A stretch of 64,000 nucleotides of DNA from contig JAVZNC010000003.1 in the NCBI GenBank assembly GCA_038882955.1, positions 1 to 64,000 on the forward strand, written 5' to 3'. This DNA comes from Candidatus Bathyarchaeia archaeon. Its GTDB lineage: Archaea; Thermoproteota; Bathyarchaeia; Bathyarchaeales; Bathycorpusculaceae. Numbering within the stretch: the first letter of the stretch is position 1; each line of letters opens with the position of its first letter. Below the pieces are notes generated by a model. That model ran no database searches. It was given only the letters and a program-made list of their open reading frames with translations, and had not been told where the DNA came from. Of this stretch, positions 27,548-38,185 are shown piece after piece. Both the position numbers and the translations under genes were made by a program.

Positions 27548-29168
27548 TCTTTTCCACCCGGTTCACCAATACTTCTTTAAGCCACGCTACAACTGCTTTG
27601 TCTCGCCTTTTCTTTGCGTCAAAATTCTTAAACCTAACCTTCCTTTCAAGGCAAACTTTTCTGCAGACGCTTAAAACGGTTTTATCCCAATTTTCCTCGT
27701 CGTTGAAGAGCAAAACCGCCTCATAGCTCATGCGTCTTATGTACTCTCCAACTTGGCTTGCCACGTACTCTCTTGTTTCCTTGTCTGGCGGAAAAACTGT
27801 TTCGTGCTGTGAAAGCGGATAAACTTCATCAAGCTCTATTGGGATGACGCCGAAGGGAGCAGCATAGACACAAACGTGAATTTTATCAATGCCATGCTTA
27901 AAGTTGTTTGCGATGAGTTTCAGCGTCTCTTTCACTTCTTCAGCTTTGTGAAATGGTTTTGTCTGGGTCATGGGTAAAAGCAGAAGAACTCTTACCCCTT
28001 CTGGTTTTGAGTAGCGTTCCGCCATGCGCATCCTATGTCTAACAACTTCTGGTCTCGAAAGCTCCAATGAACTGTAGAAAAATAGTCCGCTTTTCTTCAC
28101 TGTTGGCGCTTGTTTCTCGATAAACGTTTCATAAAGCCTCAATTTTTTGATTGCTTGCAGAAGGAATGGGTGTCCATGCGCCCTCATCTCCAAATGTTCC
28201 CAAAGTCTGCCATCACGTATGGCTTGTTTTATGCGTTTAAGTTCCGAAAGGCAAACGTAAAGGTTGTGTTCGGCAAGGAACGCTTCTCTTTCCTTTTTTG
28301 GTTCTTCCAAGATTTCCTTTGGCGTTCTTGCGGAGCATTTTGGGCATGTGCACGGGAAATATTCGAGTTCGTTAAGCTTCCATGTGCCCGCTTCCGTCAT
28401 GTAACGGTTTTCTCTGGCGTATATGGCGTATGCAGCCGAATCGAAAAGGTCGCATCCAAGCGCAACAGCCAACGAGAACATCATTGGATGCCCAGCACCG
28501 AACAGGTGAAGAGGCTTATTGATAGGCAAATTCATTTTCGCCGTCATAATCATGTCCACAAGAACGTCAAAGCGATAGCGCTCCATAACTTCTGTTGGGC
28601 TTCCTAAAGCGTAAATATCGAATGGAAGCCTGCTCATCTTAATGGCTGATTCAGCCACAAGCCTCAAATATTTTCCACCTTGAACTGGTCCGACCCAAAG
28701 AATGTCTTCGCGAGTTCTAAGCTTGAAAAGTTCTTTCGCCCTCTGCAGCGTCTCTTTCACGGTTCTTTCTGCACTTTTTTCTGAAACTTTCCAGCCTGTT
28801 GGCAAGTCAAGTATTGTGGCGATGTCGGTGCCGATGCGCTCTTGATATTCAACAATTTCCTTTGGAGTTGCTTTTATGTCTCCATAAACTAGGATTTGGT
28901 AGGCGCCAGAATCCGTCATTATGACGCCTTCATAGCCTAGAAATTTGTGCAGTCCCTCTTCTGCTGGTTTGTTCTGGAAGCGCTTTTGGAGTATGTAGGC
29001 GTTTGTTATTAGGGCTTCAAAGCCCATTTCCCTAATTTTCCGTGGAGGTATCGGCTGTACAACTGGGTTTATCACTGGAAAAAGCAGCGGCGTCTCAACT
29101 GTGCCGCTTTTAGTTTTTAGTTTTCCAATCTTCGCAAGTAAATCCTTCTCTTTAACCTCGAAAGCCAT
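27534..29168 (-). CDS. tgtA: Archaeosine tRNA-guanine(15) transglycosylase
   Basis: MTDSGAYQ, GPVQGG, HLFGAGHP, DLFDSAAY, CTCPKC..HNL; no PUA domain evident. Confidence 0.93.
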   Translation of the reverse strand: MAFEVKEKDLLAKIGKLKTKSGTVETPLLFPVINPVVQPIPPRKIREMGFEALITNAYILQKRFQNKPAEEGLHKFLGYEGVIMTDSGAYQILVYGDIKATPKEIVEYQERIGTDIATILDLPTGWKVSEKSAERTVKETLQRAKELFKLRTREDILWVGPVQGGKYLRLVAESAIKMSRLPFDIYALGSPTEVMERYRFDVLVDMIMTAKMNLPINKPLHLFGAGHPMMFSLAVALGCDLFDSAAYAIYARENRYMTEAGTWKLNELEYFPCTCPKCSARTPKEILEEPKKEREAFLAEHNLYVCLSELKRIKQAIRDGRLWEHLEMRAHGHPFLLQAIKKLRLYETFIEKQAPTVKKSGLFFYSSLELSRPEVVRHRMRMAERYSKPEGVRVLLLLPMTQTKPFHKAEEVKETLKLIANNFKHGIDKIHVCVYAAPFGVIPIELDEVYPLSQHETVFPPDKETREYVASQVGEYIRRMSYEAVLLFNDEENWDKTVLSVCRKVCLERKVRFKNFDAKKRRDKAVVAWLKEVLVNRVEKIDSG

Positions 29169-29247
29169 AACGCGTAACCTTAAACAGAATCAGCTAAACA
29201 CACTTATATCGCATTTTCTTTAAATCACCCTAAACGCGCTCTGGAAA

Positions 29248-30009
29248 GTGCCAAGCATGGTCTGCAACATACAAATCCACGAAAAGCCAAAGCTAAATGA
29301 CCCAATCTTAATTGAGGGTCTGCCAGGAATAGGATTCGTAGCGAACATCACCGCATTACACTTGATACATGAGTTGAAGGCTAAACTCTTCGCTGAAGTT
29401 GTCTCCGACGCCTTCCAAGACTTGGCTGTAACAACAGAGACTGGTGGAGCACGCTCGCCAATAAATGAGCTATATTGCTTTAAGAGGGATGATGGCGGAC
29501 GCGACCTAATAATTTGGTATGGCAACACCCAAGCCTTAACAACCTTTGGACAGTATGAGCTTTGCGGGCGTGTTCTAGACCTTGCGCAAGAGCTTGGCTG
29601 TCGCTTAATCATCACGTTGGGCGGCTTCAAAATCGAAGAGGCAAAGGCGACACCCCAAGTTTATTGCGCAGCCACTGACGCTGAAACTTTGAATGCAGTG
29701 TTAAATTTAGGCGTCAAAACCATGGTTGGTCAGATATTTGGCGTCGCTGGGATTCTAATAGGCTTAGGAGGGCTTAGGGGGCTTAGGGGCTTTTCGCTTT
29801 TGGTTGAAACTTTGGGAACTTACCCGGATGCTAATGCCACACGTTACGCATTATCCGTGCTGAATAGTTTTCTTAAATTGAATGTTGACATGTCAAGGCT
29901 GGATTTTGCTGCAGAGAAAACCCAGAAAATACTTGAATCTTTCGGCATAATCCGAACAATCAAGGAAGAACGCAAGAAGGAAGAGCAACCGTTCCGCTGG
30001 TTCGTCTAA
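29248..30009 (+). CDS. PAC2-family proteasome assembly chaperone
   Basis: LIEGLPGIGFVA, ITLGG, LLVET..PD. Confidence 0.9.
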   Translation: MPSMVCNIQIHEKPKLNDPILIEGLPGIGFVANITALHLIHELKAKLFAEVVSDAFQDLAVTTETGGARSPINELYCFKRDDGGRDLIIWYGNTQALTTFGQYELCGRVLDLAQELGCRLIITLGGFKIEEAKATPQVYCAATDAETLNAVLNLGVKTMVGQIFGVAGILIGLGGLRGLRGFSLLVETLGTYPDANATRYALSVLNSFLKLNVDMSRLDFAAEKTQKILESFGIIRTIKEERKKEEQPFRWFV

Positions 30010-32132
30010 TCCCGAGTTTCATAAAAGCTTCTTACTTCATCAATTATTCTTTCTAAGCTCGCGTGCGGCTTCATCTCTTCTCTCCAATCTCTTGGAAGCT
30101 TTCTTCGAAAATTTCCAGCTGCACGACCGTCCATAATAACGATTACTCCCTTATCTTCTGGGCTTCGTATGAGTCTTCCAGCAGACTGCGCCAAGGCATT
30201 TAAACATGGTATGTCATTTGCGTATTCCATGGCTTTTTCTCCAAATTTTTCCGTGAAATACTTGTAAAGCGCCTCTTGTAGCTCTGTCTTTTTCGGATAT
30301 GGTAATCCGACAATAACAACGGCTGAGAGCATGCTTCGCCCTTCCATGGTCATGTCGACGCCCTCGCTTATTTTGCCTCTAGCCACCCCGAAAACAGCGC
30401 ATCTACTGTTTTCTCTCAAAAAACTTAGCACATCCAGAATCCTTGTCCGCTTTTCCTCAGCCATAACTGGGAAATCAAACTTTGCGATTTTTAGAATTTC
30501 TCGCATTACCTCGTAGGATGGGAAGTAAACAGCTATGTTTCCATCAGCCTCCGCGATTATACGCGTCAAATGCGCCGCAATTCTTCTCCACTGCTCTTCG
30601 TTGCGTTCTTCAAACTTTGTCGTAACCGTCCTGTCCACTATTATAAGCCTATTTTCAGATGGAAATGGGCTTGGAAGCTCAAGGGTTTCGCAGCGGCTTC
30701 TCTCTAATCCCAAAACGTCCATGTAATAGTCCATGTGCCACAATGTTCCAGACATAAGTATTGCTGAACGCAAATCGTTAATCACGTCCGCAGCTAAGGC
30801 TGGGTCGAGACATTTAACGCCTAATCTAACGCGTTTCCTTCCGTTTCTTACGCTTTCAACTTTCACGTACCTCACATAACTGGAGCCAGTAACGCTTACA
30901 AAGTCTGATAGAAAGTCTGCGCATCTGGACGTGTATGAGACTGGGTCTCTGCCCATTTCTGCCCTTTTTAAGCGGACGGTTTCGCCAGCATCTGCAAGTT
31001 CGGAGATAATCTCTAAAAGTCTGTTGGCGTTTACATCCAAGCCCTTAAGCAGAGCATTAATGAACCCTTCTCTTTCAATAACGTGTTCAACGTCAAGTCC
31101 ATAATCTCTGTACACTCTTTTCCCAAGCTGCATCATAACCTTGCGCAGCACCTCAAGAAGTCCATAATCTTCTAAACCGAAGTATGCAATTTCCCTTTGC
31201 GCCCTCATCACGGAAGTTGTGGATAACTCGTCGGACATCAAGCCAGCAGCATAATATGGTAGGCCGTGCGCTTCGTCGAATACGCAGTTTATTTTTTCGG
31301 TTTTTATTCCAGCCCTACCGAGAATTGAGCCTCTTATGGCGTCAACGAGTATGTAGTTGTAATTGCCGATGATTATGTCCGCATATCTTGTTAAAATCTT
31401 CGTAACCTCGTATGGGCAAAGTTCCTCATCTCTACAAATGTTGTAAACCTCTTCTGGAAGTTGCGGTCCAACGTTTTTTATTTTGGCGACAATGTTTTGG
31501 GCTAGCCAGCTTGGCTTCCAAGCGCTATAAACTCTGTCGTAAAATTTGCAAGTTTTCCCGAAGACACCGCTCTTTAGTCCCTTACAGTAATGTAGAAAGT
31601 CGCGGTAGCCGATGTCCTTAAGCTTGTGATTCTCAAGCGCATGCGGGCACATTTCCTTTTTGCTTTTAAAAATCGATGCTACGAGGCTTATGTTGCGTTT
31701 TTCTTTTATGCCCTTGAGTTCTCTACAATAGATTTCAAGCTGATTCTTCGTTCTTGTTAGGGTGAGAAGTCTTCCAACAGAGTCATTTACACTTTTAGCC
31801 ATGAGAAAGGCTGTTAAAACGGAGATTGACTTTCCAGTTCCGCATGGTGAAGAAAGCAAACCTATCTTTCCATTTTTGAAAATGTTGAAGGCAAATTTTA
31901 TCGCATTAAGCTGGAAAGGGCGAAAATCTGGATATGGAAAGATTTCCCTAACAAAACCTTCAAAATCGGTGGCGCTTCTCTTTTCAGGAGCTACTTCTAA
32001 AGCCCTTTTTAGCAGCGTTCCACACTTCGTGCAGAAGTGACTCCTCTGATATTCTTCAATCGAGTATTTTTCGCCGCACCTTCGACAGATGAATATCGCT
32101 TCGACCATGACAATCATTCTTTGCCTTTGCAC
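30006..32132 (-). CDS. xpd: XPD/Rad3 Fe-S DNA helicase with extra N-terminal Zn ribbon
   Basis: PCGTGKS, four Fe-S Cys, DEAH, SGT, FPSY, SEGVD, QSAGRLIR; true start may be near 32117. Confidence 0.9.
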   Translation of the reverse strand: MQRQRMIVMVEAIFICRRCGEKYSIEEYQRSHFCTKCGTLLKRALEVAPEKRSATDFEGFVREIFPYPDFRPFQLNAIKFAFNIFKNGKIGLLSSPCGTGKSISVLTAFLMAKSVNDSVGRLLTLTRTKNQLEIYCRELKGIKEKRNISLVASIFKSKKEMCPHALENHKLKDIGYRDFLHYCKGLKSGVFGKTCKFYDRVYSAWKPSWLAQNIVAKIKNVGPQLPEEVYNICRDEELCPYEVTKILTRYADIIIGNYNYILVDAIRGSILGRAGIKTEKINCVFDEAHGLPYYAAGLMSDELSTTSVMRAQREIAYFGLEDYGLLEVLRKVMMQLGKRVYRDYGLDVEHVIEREGFINALLKGLDVNANRLLEIISELADAGETVRLKRAEMGRDPVSYTSRCADFLSDFVSVTGSSYVRYVKVESVRNGRKRVRLGVKCLDPALAADVINDLRSAILMSGTLWHMDYYMDVLGLERSRCETLELPSPFPSENRLIIVDRTVTTKFEERNEEQWRRIAAHLTRIIAEADGNIAVYFPSYEVMREILKIAKFDFPVMAEEKRTRILDVLSFLRENSRCAVFGVARGKISEGVDMTMEGRSMLSAVVIVGLPYPKKTELQEALYKYFTEKFGEKAMEYANDIPCLNALAQSAGRLIRSPEDKGVIVIMDGRAAGNFRRKLPRDWREEMKPHASLERIIDEVRSFYETRD

Positions 32133-32171
32133 TTAAACGAGAAAAGAGAAGATGAAGCGGCATTTAAATTG

Positions 32172-32597
32172 TTACTGTCCTTTTATTTCGCTGACAAACT
32201 GCTCGTAAACCTTCTGTACACGCTCCGCGGCTGGACCAGAACCCTCCACAACGCCTTTTTCTGTTACTTTAACCTTGTCCATAACCCAGATGAACCCCTT
32301 ATCTTCATAAAGCTTAACCATTGTTGGAAAAACCTTTTCAAGACGATCAGCCAAAGCGCGTAGATCAAATGGCTTTTCTACGCTTAGTATTTGGGCAACC
32401 ACGCTTCCGTTTAGGAAAACTCTGTGCAGAACTTTTCCCTCTTCATCTTTCGCTTCAGCCAAGACAAGGCTCAAGTTATCGGGGTTAATCCCTATCAAAG
32501 TTCCATTGTAAGTCTTGCCAGTTGTTGTTGAAACAATTACCGTCCTATCCACAAGTGCCGCTACTTCCGTGAAGAACTTTCTCTGCGCCACAGACAA
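32172..32597 (-). CDS. Lsm/Sm protein with C-terminal domain (SmAP3-like)
   Basis: Sm fold (GKTYNGTL..NLSLVL..FLNG) plus C-terminal LEKVFP..VKV..GV..G. Confidence 0.85.
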   Translation of the reverse strand: MSVAQRKFFTEVAALVDRTVIVSTTTGKTYNGTLIGINPDNLSLVLAEAKDEEGKVLHRVFLNGSVVAQILSVEKPFDLRALADRLEKVFPTMVKLYEDKGFIWVMDKVKVTEKGVVEGSGPAAERVQKVYEQFVSEIKGQ

Positions 32598-32665
32598 TAC
32601 TTTAACCTCCTTTACACTACGAAATTGCTGAACAACTATTTAGAATTTAACAAATAAACAATGCG

Positions 32666-33940
32666 TTAGACTGGTCTTCTTTCAACATCTTGCTTTGCAA
32701 GCGCAATAGTGTTTGAGGGCAAATCCCTACTAACTGTCAAGTTTGGACCAACCCAAGTGTTTACGCCCACTTTCACGCCGGGCATGAAAAGTGCGTTTAT
32801 TCCAGTCTTAACGTTGTCGCCTAAAATTGCCCCAAGCTTCCTTCGCCCAGTATCAACAACCTCTCCCTTAACCATCATTTTAACGGTTTCTCCGTCAAGC
32901 CTATAATTCGCCGTTATTGTGCCAGCGCCCAAATTGCAGTTCTCACCAATTATACTATCCCCAACATAAGATAAGTGACCGATGTGCACGCCATCCATTA
33001 TAATACTGTTTTTTATTTCGCAAGCATTCCCTACACGAACACTTTTACCGATACTCGTGTAGGGGCGAACGTAACAGTTAGGCCCTACGTCGCTTCTCTC
33101 ATCGATAAAAGCTGGACCCTCAATGTATGCACCTGAGCGTACACGTGCACTTTCAGCTACTGTTACTGGGCCTATAAGATGCGCGCCTTCTTCAATGTTT
33201 CCCAAAACCTTGTGTTTCATACGCGTTAAAGCCCAACAGTTCGCTTCAAGCAGGTCCCAAGGTCTTCCTATGTCCATCCATTCTTCCTTTTGAATTTTTG
33301 CCCCAAGCACGTTCTTTTTTTCTTTAAGCAAAAGCGAGATTGCGTCTGTTATTTCCCACTCGCCCCTAACAGAGGCTGACGTTTCCCTTACCTTTTCAAA
33401 GATTTCGGTTGAAAATACGTATATTCCAGCATTAGCCAAATCTGTCGATACTTCGCCTCTTTTTGGCTTTTCAATGAGCTTCTTCACTTTGCCTTCATCA
33501 TCTAGCTCTACCATGCCATAGTTTTCGGGGCTTTCAACTGGAACAACGGCCATCACAGCAGAAACCCTTTCCTTCTCATATGCATTAAGAACTTTGCTTA
33601 TGGCTTTTTTGGAGAAGAGCAAATCGCCATAAACTAGTAGAAAATCCTCTTCCACGTACGGTTCAGCGACGCTTACCGCGTTACCAGTTCCAAGCACCGC
33701 CTTTTGTTCTGCATATTCAATTTTTAATCCAAAATTTTTTCCGTCGCCAAAGTATTCGCGGATAACATTTCCCATATAATGGGTGACAATTAAAACTTCG
33801 TTTATTCCAGAAGCTTTAACAGCATTTAAGCAATGTTCGAGTAGTGGTTTTCCGCCAACCTTTATCATGTGTTTCGGTCTTGTCAATGTTATTGGCTGAA
33901 GTCTAACACCTTCTCCAGCGGCTAGAACAACTGCCTTCAT
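32666..33940 (-). CDS. glmU: GlmU-like sugar-1-phosphate nucleotidyltransferase/acetyltransferase
   Basis: LAAGEGVRL..PK; hexapeptide repeats; HLSYVGDS, GAGTITAN. Confidence 0.9.
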   Translation of the reverse strand: MKAVVLAAGEGVRLQPITLTRPKHMIKVGGKPLLEHCLNAVKASGINEVLIVTHYMGNVIREYFGDGKNFGLKIEYAEQKAVLGTGNAVSVAEPYVEEDFLLVYGDLLFSKKAISKVLNAYEKERVSAVMAVVPVESPENYGMVELDDEGKVKKLIEKPKRGEVSTDLANAGIYVFSTEIFEKVRETSASVRGEWEITDAISLLLKEKKNVLGAKIQKEEWMDIGRPWDLLEANCWALTRMKHKVLGNIEEGAHLIGPVTVAESARVRSGAYIEGPAFIDERSDVGPNCYVRPYTSIGKSVRVGNACEIKNSIIMDGVHIGHLSYVGDSIIGENCNLGAGTITANYRLDGETVKMMVKGEVVDTGRRKLGAILGDNVKTGINALFMPGVKVGVNTWVGPNLTVSRDLPSNTIALAKQDVERRPV

Positions 33941-35313
33941 TTCCTCATCCCAGCAATTAACTTCTTAATGGCTACGACGCCCCTCTTCATTATCTCCTTT
34001 GTATGCTTTAACGATTTACCCTCCACAGTCAACCTTATGAGGGGTTCGGTGCCGGAAGCCCTAACCAAAATCCATCCTTCAGGAAGAGTTAGGCGGACAC
34101 CATCAACTGTGGATAATTCCCTGCACTCTGGAAATGCTGTCTTTAAATGCTTAATTGCTTTTGCAACAACTGCATATTTCACTTCGTTTTTACAGGCAAC
34201 ATTTTCTCTGGCAACAGCGTATTTTGGCACTTTAGCAACAAAATCCGATAAGTTCTTGTTTGAATCTTCCAAAGCCTTCAGAAGCAGCGCAGAAGACAAA
34301 ATCCCATCTGGACAGTAATGAAATTCCGGGTGTATCCATGCCCCGCATGGCTCCCCACCAAAAACAGCCTTATATCGCTTTATTGCCTCCGCGATGTATA
34401 TGTCGCCAACCCTTGTCCTAACAACCCTTCCACCAGCCGCCTGAACCACATCATCAAAGCACATTGAAGCCTCAACGTTAGTTACAACAGCACCGCCACC
34501 ATTTTTCTTCACAACATACGCGGCATAAGCTGCCAAAACACGGTCAAAATCCACAAAATAACCCTTCTCGTCAACAAAGGCCACCCTATCACCATCACCA
34601 TCATAGGCTATGCCAAAATCCGCCTTTAATTCGCGGACAATGTTTGCAAAAGGCTTTAGGGATTCGGCGTCCGGCTCTGGGCTTCTCGCTGGGAAGAACC
34701 CGTCTGGCTGCGCGTTTATCGCAGTTACCTTACAGCCTAAAACCTTAAAGAATGCTGGTGCGAGACTGTATGTTGCTCCGCATCCAGCATCAACAACCGC
34801 ATGCCACTTCCTTCGTAGTTTTATAGCTCTACATAACGCTTCCATGTAACTTTTGCTTTCGTCAATGTCCACGATTTTGCCAATTTTTTGCCAATCAGCA
34901 AAGTTGAAACTTTCTTTTCTAATTAGCTTTTCAATCTCGTCTTGTTTCTTTTCGGCGTATGCGGCGCTGTCCTTATCGAAGATTTTTATGCCATTATATT
35001 GGGGCGGGTTATGCGACGCTGTTATCATAACTCCAACATCAGCCTTCAACTTCGCTGTCAGATAGGCTAGCGCTGGGGTTGGCAAAACACCCAAGCGGTA
35101 GGCATTTGCGCCTCCAGCCGAAATTCCAGAAACCATCGCATTTTCAAGCATAACCCCAGAAACTCTCGTGTCTCTTGCCACAAGCACTTTTCTTGCTTTG
35201 CTAAATGTTGCAATTGCCAAGCCAACTTTGACCGCCAGCGTCGGCGTTAGATCAGCGTTGGCTATTCCTCGGATTCCAGAACTGCCGAACAACTTCGCCT
35301 CCACAGTTTTCAC
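33937..35313 (-). CDS. glmM: Phosphoglucosamine mutase / phosphohexomutase
   Basis: FGSSGIRG, TASHNP, DGDGDR, GGE, RASGTEP. Confidence 0.9.
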   Translation of the reverse strand: MKTVEAKLFGSSGIRGIANADLTPTLAVKVGLAIATFSKARKVLVARDTRVSGVMLENAMVSGISAGGANAYRLGVLPTPALAYLTAKLKADVGVMITASHNPPQYNGIKIFDKDSAAYAEKKQDEIEKLIRKESFNFADWQKIGKIVDIDESKSYMEALCRAIKLRRKWHAVVDAGCGATYSLAPAFFKVLGCKVTAINAQPDGFFPARSPEPDAESLKPFANIVRELKADFGIAYDGDGDRVAFVDEKGYFVDFDRVLAAYAAYVVKKNGGGAVVTNVEASMCFDDVVQAAGGRVVRTRVGDIYIAEAIKRYKAVFGGEPCGAWIHPEFHYCPDGILSSALLLKALEDSNKNLSDFVAKVPKYAVARENVACKNEVKYAVVAKAIKHLKTAFPECRELSTVDGVRLTLPEGWILVRASGTEPLIRLTVEGKSLKHTKEIMKRGVVAIKKLIAGMRK

Positions 35314-35356
35314 CTAAACAGCTCTTTATGGTTAAAATTGGAATTTCCTTAAATAG

Positions 35357-36475
35357 TTATGCAGTGAAACCGCAGTTAACACTCTTTTTGAATTTTTCAC
35401 AGAACCTCAAAAGCTGCTTCCTCGTCGGGTGTCTTCCATCAACGTTTGAAATGTAGTACGCAGCAACAGCATTAGCCAACGTCAACCGAGCTTCATCTGA
35501 AAGGTTAGAGGCGTAACCCAAAATGTTACCTGCATTCCAAGCGTCACCAGCACCCGTAGCCCTTAAAACTTTAACCTTGAAGGCTGGAACGGCAACCATT
35601 TCCTTATTCGCAAACGTGGCTGAAAATAGCGTGGTGTGCAAGTTCACCTTAGCCGAAATCTTTGACGCCAAAATTTTCGCGGATTTTCTGGCTAGCTCTT
35701 CGATTGCCAAACGCCTTTTTGCGCTTTTCACTAGTTCGCTGGCTACTTGCTCTGCATAACAAATCGCCTCATTCTCGTTGACACTTAATATGTCCAAGTC
35801 TCTGCTTTGCAAGACCCTTTTTACAAGTTGTGGAATCTTCTCCCTGTTTGGTGTTGGATCTGCAGTGTCATAGTAGGTTTTGCCCTTGCCACGTTTCTTA
35901 ACATAGCGGAAAATTTTTTCTGCAAGTTCTGTTCCAAAGCGTCTAGTTCCCGCCCAGTTGAAAACGCACACGTAGTCTGCTTCTTTAATTGCATTAAAAT
36001 CCTCTTCGTCTAATTGTTGTGGACTGAAATCGGCTAGCGATCCCAAATCCCTAATCATAATATTGGCTTTGCCTCTTTCAGTCTTAAATTCAAGGGCCGT
36101 TGTCATTGATGGTTTTTCGCATATTTTTATGTGTGACAAGTCAACGTTAAGCCGCTTGAAGTGGAATTTTAGAAGGAATGCTCCAAGCTTGCTTGTACAA
36201 ATTATTGGTGTAACCCGCGCGCCTAGGCTTGCTAGGGCTGATGCCGTGTTTGCGGCGTTTCCGCCTCTAAACTCCGCTTGTCCAATGTTGTCTATGCTCC
36301 CGCCCTTCCTCTTCATAACAGCCTCAACTTCTATCGAAAACTCTTTCAAGTCTTGTTCTAGGTAGATTAGGCGGTCTAGGAAAAAGTCTGGCATAACAAC
36401 CACGTTTAGCCCGTTGAAGTCTTTTTTAAGGCATTCCACAACTTCTTCAATGGCTTCAGCGCGCATTTCGCTCAC
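35357..36475 (-). CDS. PfkB-family carbohydrate kinase
   Basis: GGNAANTA, NENE, TGAGDAWNAG. Confidence 0.88.
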   Translation of the reverse strand: MSEMRAEAIEEVVECLKKDFNGLNVVVMPDFFLDRLIYLEQDLKEFSIEVEAVMKRKGGSIDNIGQAEFRGGNAANTASALASLGARVTPIICTSKLGAFLLKFHFKRLNVDLSHIKICEKPSMTTALEFKTERGKANIMIRDLGSLADFSPQQLDEEDFNAIKEADYVCVFNWAGTRRFGTELAEKIFRYVKKRGKGKTYYDTADPTPNREKIPQLVKRVLQSRDLDILSVNENEAICYAEQVASELVKSAKRRLAIEELARKSAKILASKISAKVNLHTTLFSATFANKEMVAVPAFKVKVLRATGAGDAWNAGNILGYASNLSDEARLTLANAVAAYYISNVDGRHPTRKQLLRFCEKFKKSVNCGFTA

Positions 36476-36559
36476 TGCTAGTGATAATGGATGCTAAGCG
36501 TAAATAACGCTTATTAGAAAAATAACGAGATATGCGTATTTCACCGGCATATCACAAAA

Positions 36560-37312
36560 ATGTTTATTGAGAGGAAAACCTTGCTGTCCAAAAGAGTGTT
36601 CCTAACAGCCTTCGTAGTTATCGGGTTTGCAATGAAAATCCTAGCAGAGTTTGTGCACGAAGTTCTTGGGCATTCCCTTTTCGTCGTACTATTTGGTGGC
36701 GAAATAACAAACTTGTACATAAGCATTTTATGGCCATACGAGTTCTCCTATGTTTTCTGGAACTTGCCAAATGCTACACCAATGCAACTTTCGTGGATTT
36801 TTGCAAGTGGAATAATTGTCTGTTTAATTGTTTCTTTTTTGATTCAACCCTTCCTAATACTTAAAGGAAGAGTTTGGTTTCATTTTGAAATTGCGCTTTT
36901 CTGGCTTGCTTTCTGGACTCTTTTGAATTCTTCTGGTTATCTTCTGATTGGCGGCTTGACGCCGTTCGGCGATGTAAGGGAGCTTATTGAAATGGGAGTT
37001 TTGTCGGGCATTTCCTCTGCACTTTTCGGGCTTGTAGTTTTTGCCATTGGTTTTGCACTGTTGTCTGCAGTTCTTCGCAGGATATTGTTTGAGGTTTTTT
37101 CTGTGGAGAGGGTGAAGCTGGGTGTTGCTGTTTTTTGGCTTATAATCCCATTTTTGGTTGCTATTATGACTTTTAGTCCCGAGAGAAATCTGAATTTTGC
37201 TTATTTGCCTTTGGCTTTCATTCCAGCTTTAACATCATTTCTTATGGAACGTTTCATTTTCGCCTCAAAGAACAAAGTCGATGCATGTCCAGATTATGTC
37301 GCCGACAAATAA
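36560..37312 (+). CDS. M50-like membrane metalloprotease
   Basis: VHEVLGH, ASG, PFGD; about 7 TMs. Confidence 0.6.
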   Translation: MFIERKTLLSKRVFLTAFVVIGFAMKILAEFVHEVLGHSLFVVLFGGEITNLYISILWPYEFSYVFWNLPNATPMQLSWIFASGIIVCLIVSFLIQPFLILKGRVWFHFEIALFWLAFWTLLNSSGYLLIGGLTPFGDVRELIEMGVLSGISSALFGLVVFAIGFALLSAVLRRILFEVFSVERVKLGVAVFWLIIPFLVAIMTFSPERNLNFAYLPLAFIPALTSFLMERFIFASKNKVDACPDYVADK

Positions 37313-38074
37313 GCCTATTATCAAGCCGGCTGTGATGAAAATTAACATTGGCAATCCTGGCGTGGCCCAAACAGTGCTTTGAATTTTTCCAGAATTGGCG
37401 GCTCTTTCTAGTCTTTCTATTATGGCGTTTCTTTCTTCATCCTTTGGTATTACCACGAGTTTTCGCTTAAAACCTTCAGCGTTTTCTTCGATGTCTTCCA
37501 TTGGATATAGGTGCCATTTTTCCTTGAGTTTTTGGATTGGCATTTTGTAACTTGTTATTAGGATGAGGATTTTCTTTCCGGTGGATTCGCCTTTAAACTC
37601 TTCGAAGAGTTCTTTGCCGCTTTTTTTGTGCCATGCAATGTTGTAGAGGAGTATATAGATTGCTGTGGCTGCCGCTAACAGAACCGAGTTGCTGAAAACG
37701 GTTAGTGGGAAAAAGGTTCGCGCAATCGGCGAGATTTCCTTAAAAAGTGGTGTAAAAATGTTTTCTGGGTAGAATGGTAGCGCAAGCGCTAGGCACATGA
37801 GAGCTTTTGCATCTGCGCCTCCAAAACCTCCAGCGTAAAAGAGTATTATGGCGAGGGCTGCTGTTAAGCCAAATGATAAACCGTAAAATTGTAGTGCTTG
37901 AAGATTCTTATAAATAATTAGTTCGGTGATGGTTAACGCGAATGCTAGCGGCGCATATAACATCCAGACAGTGTTGCTTACTTCCCGTGTTTTGTAGTCG
38001 CTCCATGAGGCATAGAATAGGAAAAGTAAGCTTATTGTTGTTCTTGCTAGGATGAGCAATACTTGAGCTTGCAC
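37265..38074 (-). CDS. A24 prepilin/prearchaellin peptidase (PibD/FlaK-like)
   Basis: SWSDYKTREV, FGGADAK, VWATPGLPM. Confidence 0.93.
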   Translation of the reverse strand: MQAQVLLILARTTISLLFLFYASWSDYKTREVSNTVWMLYAPLAFALTITELIIYKNLQALQFYGLSFGLTAALAIILFYAGGFGGADAKALMCLALALPFYPENIFTPLFKEISPIARTFFPLTVFSNSVLLAAATAIYILLYNIAWHKKSGKELFEEFKGESTGKKILILITSYKMPIQKLKEKWHLYPMEDIEENAEGFKRKLVVIPKDEERNAIIERLERAANSGKIQSTVWATPGLPMLIFITAGLIIGLFVGDIIWTCIDFVL

Positions 38075-38185
38075 AATGAAACACCGTCAATTATTGAGTG
38101 TGTTGACGCGATTTCCTATTTAATTGTTGATATTTAGCTCTAAAAACATTAATGACTAGTTTGAAAACAAAATAATTTTAGAATT

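Noticed and set aside
29761-29792. GGCTTAGG repeated three times in the PAC2 gene
   Set aside because: Short coding repeat (GLGGLRGLRG); frame intact
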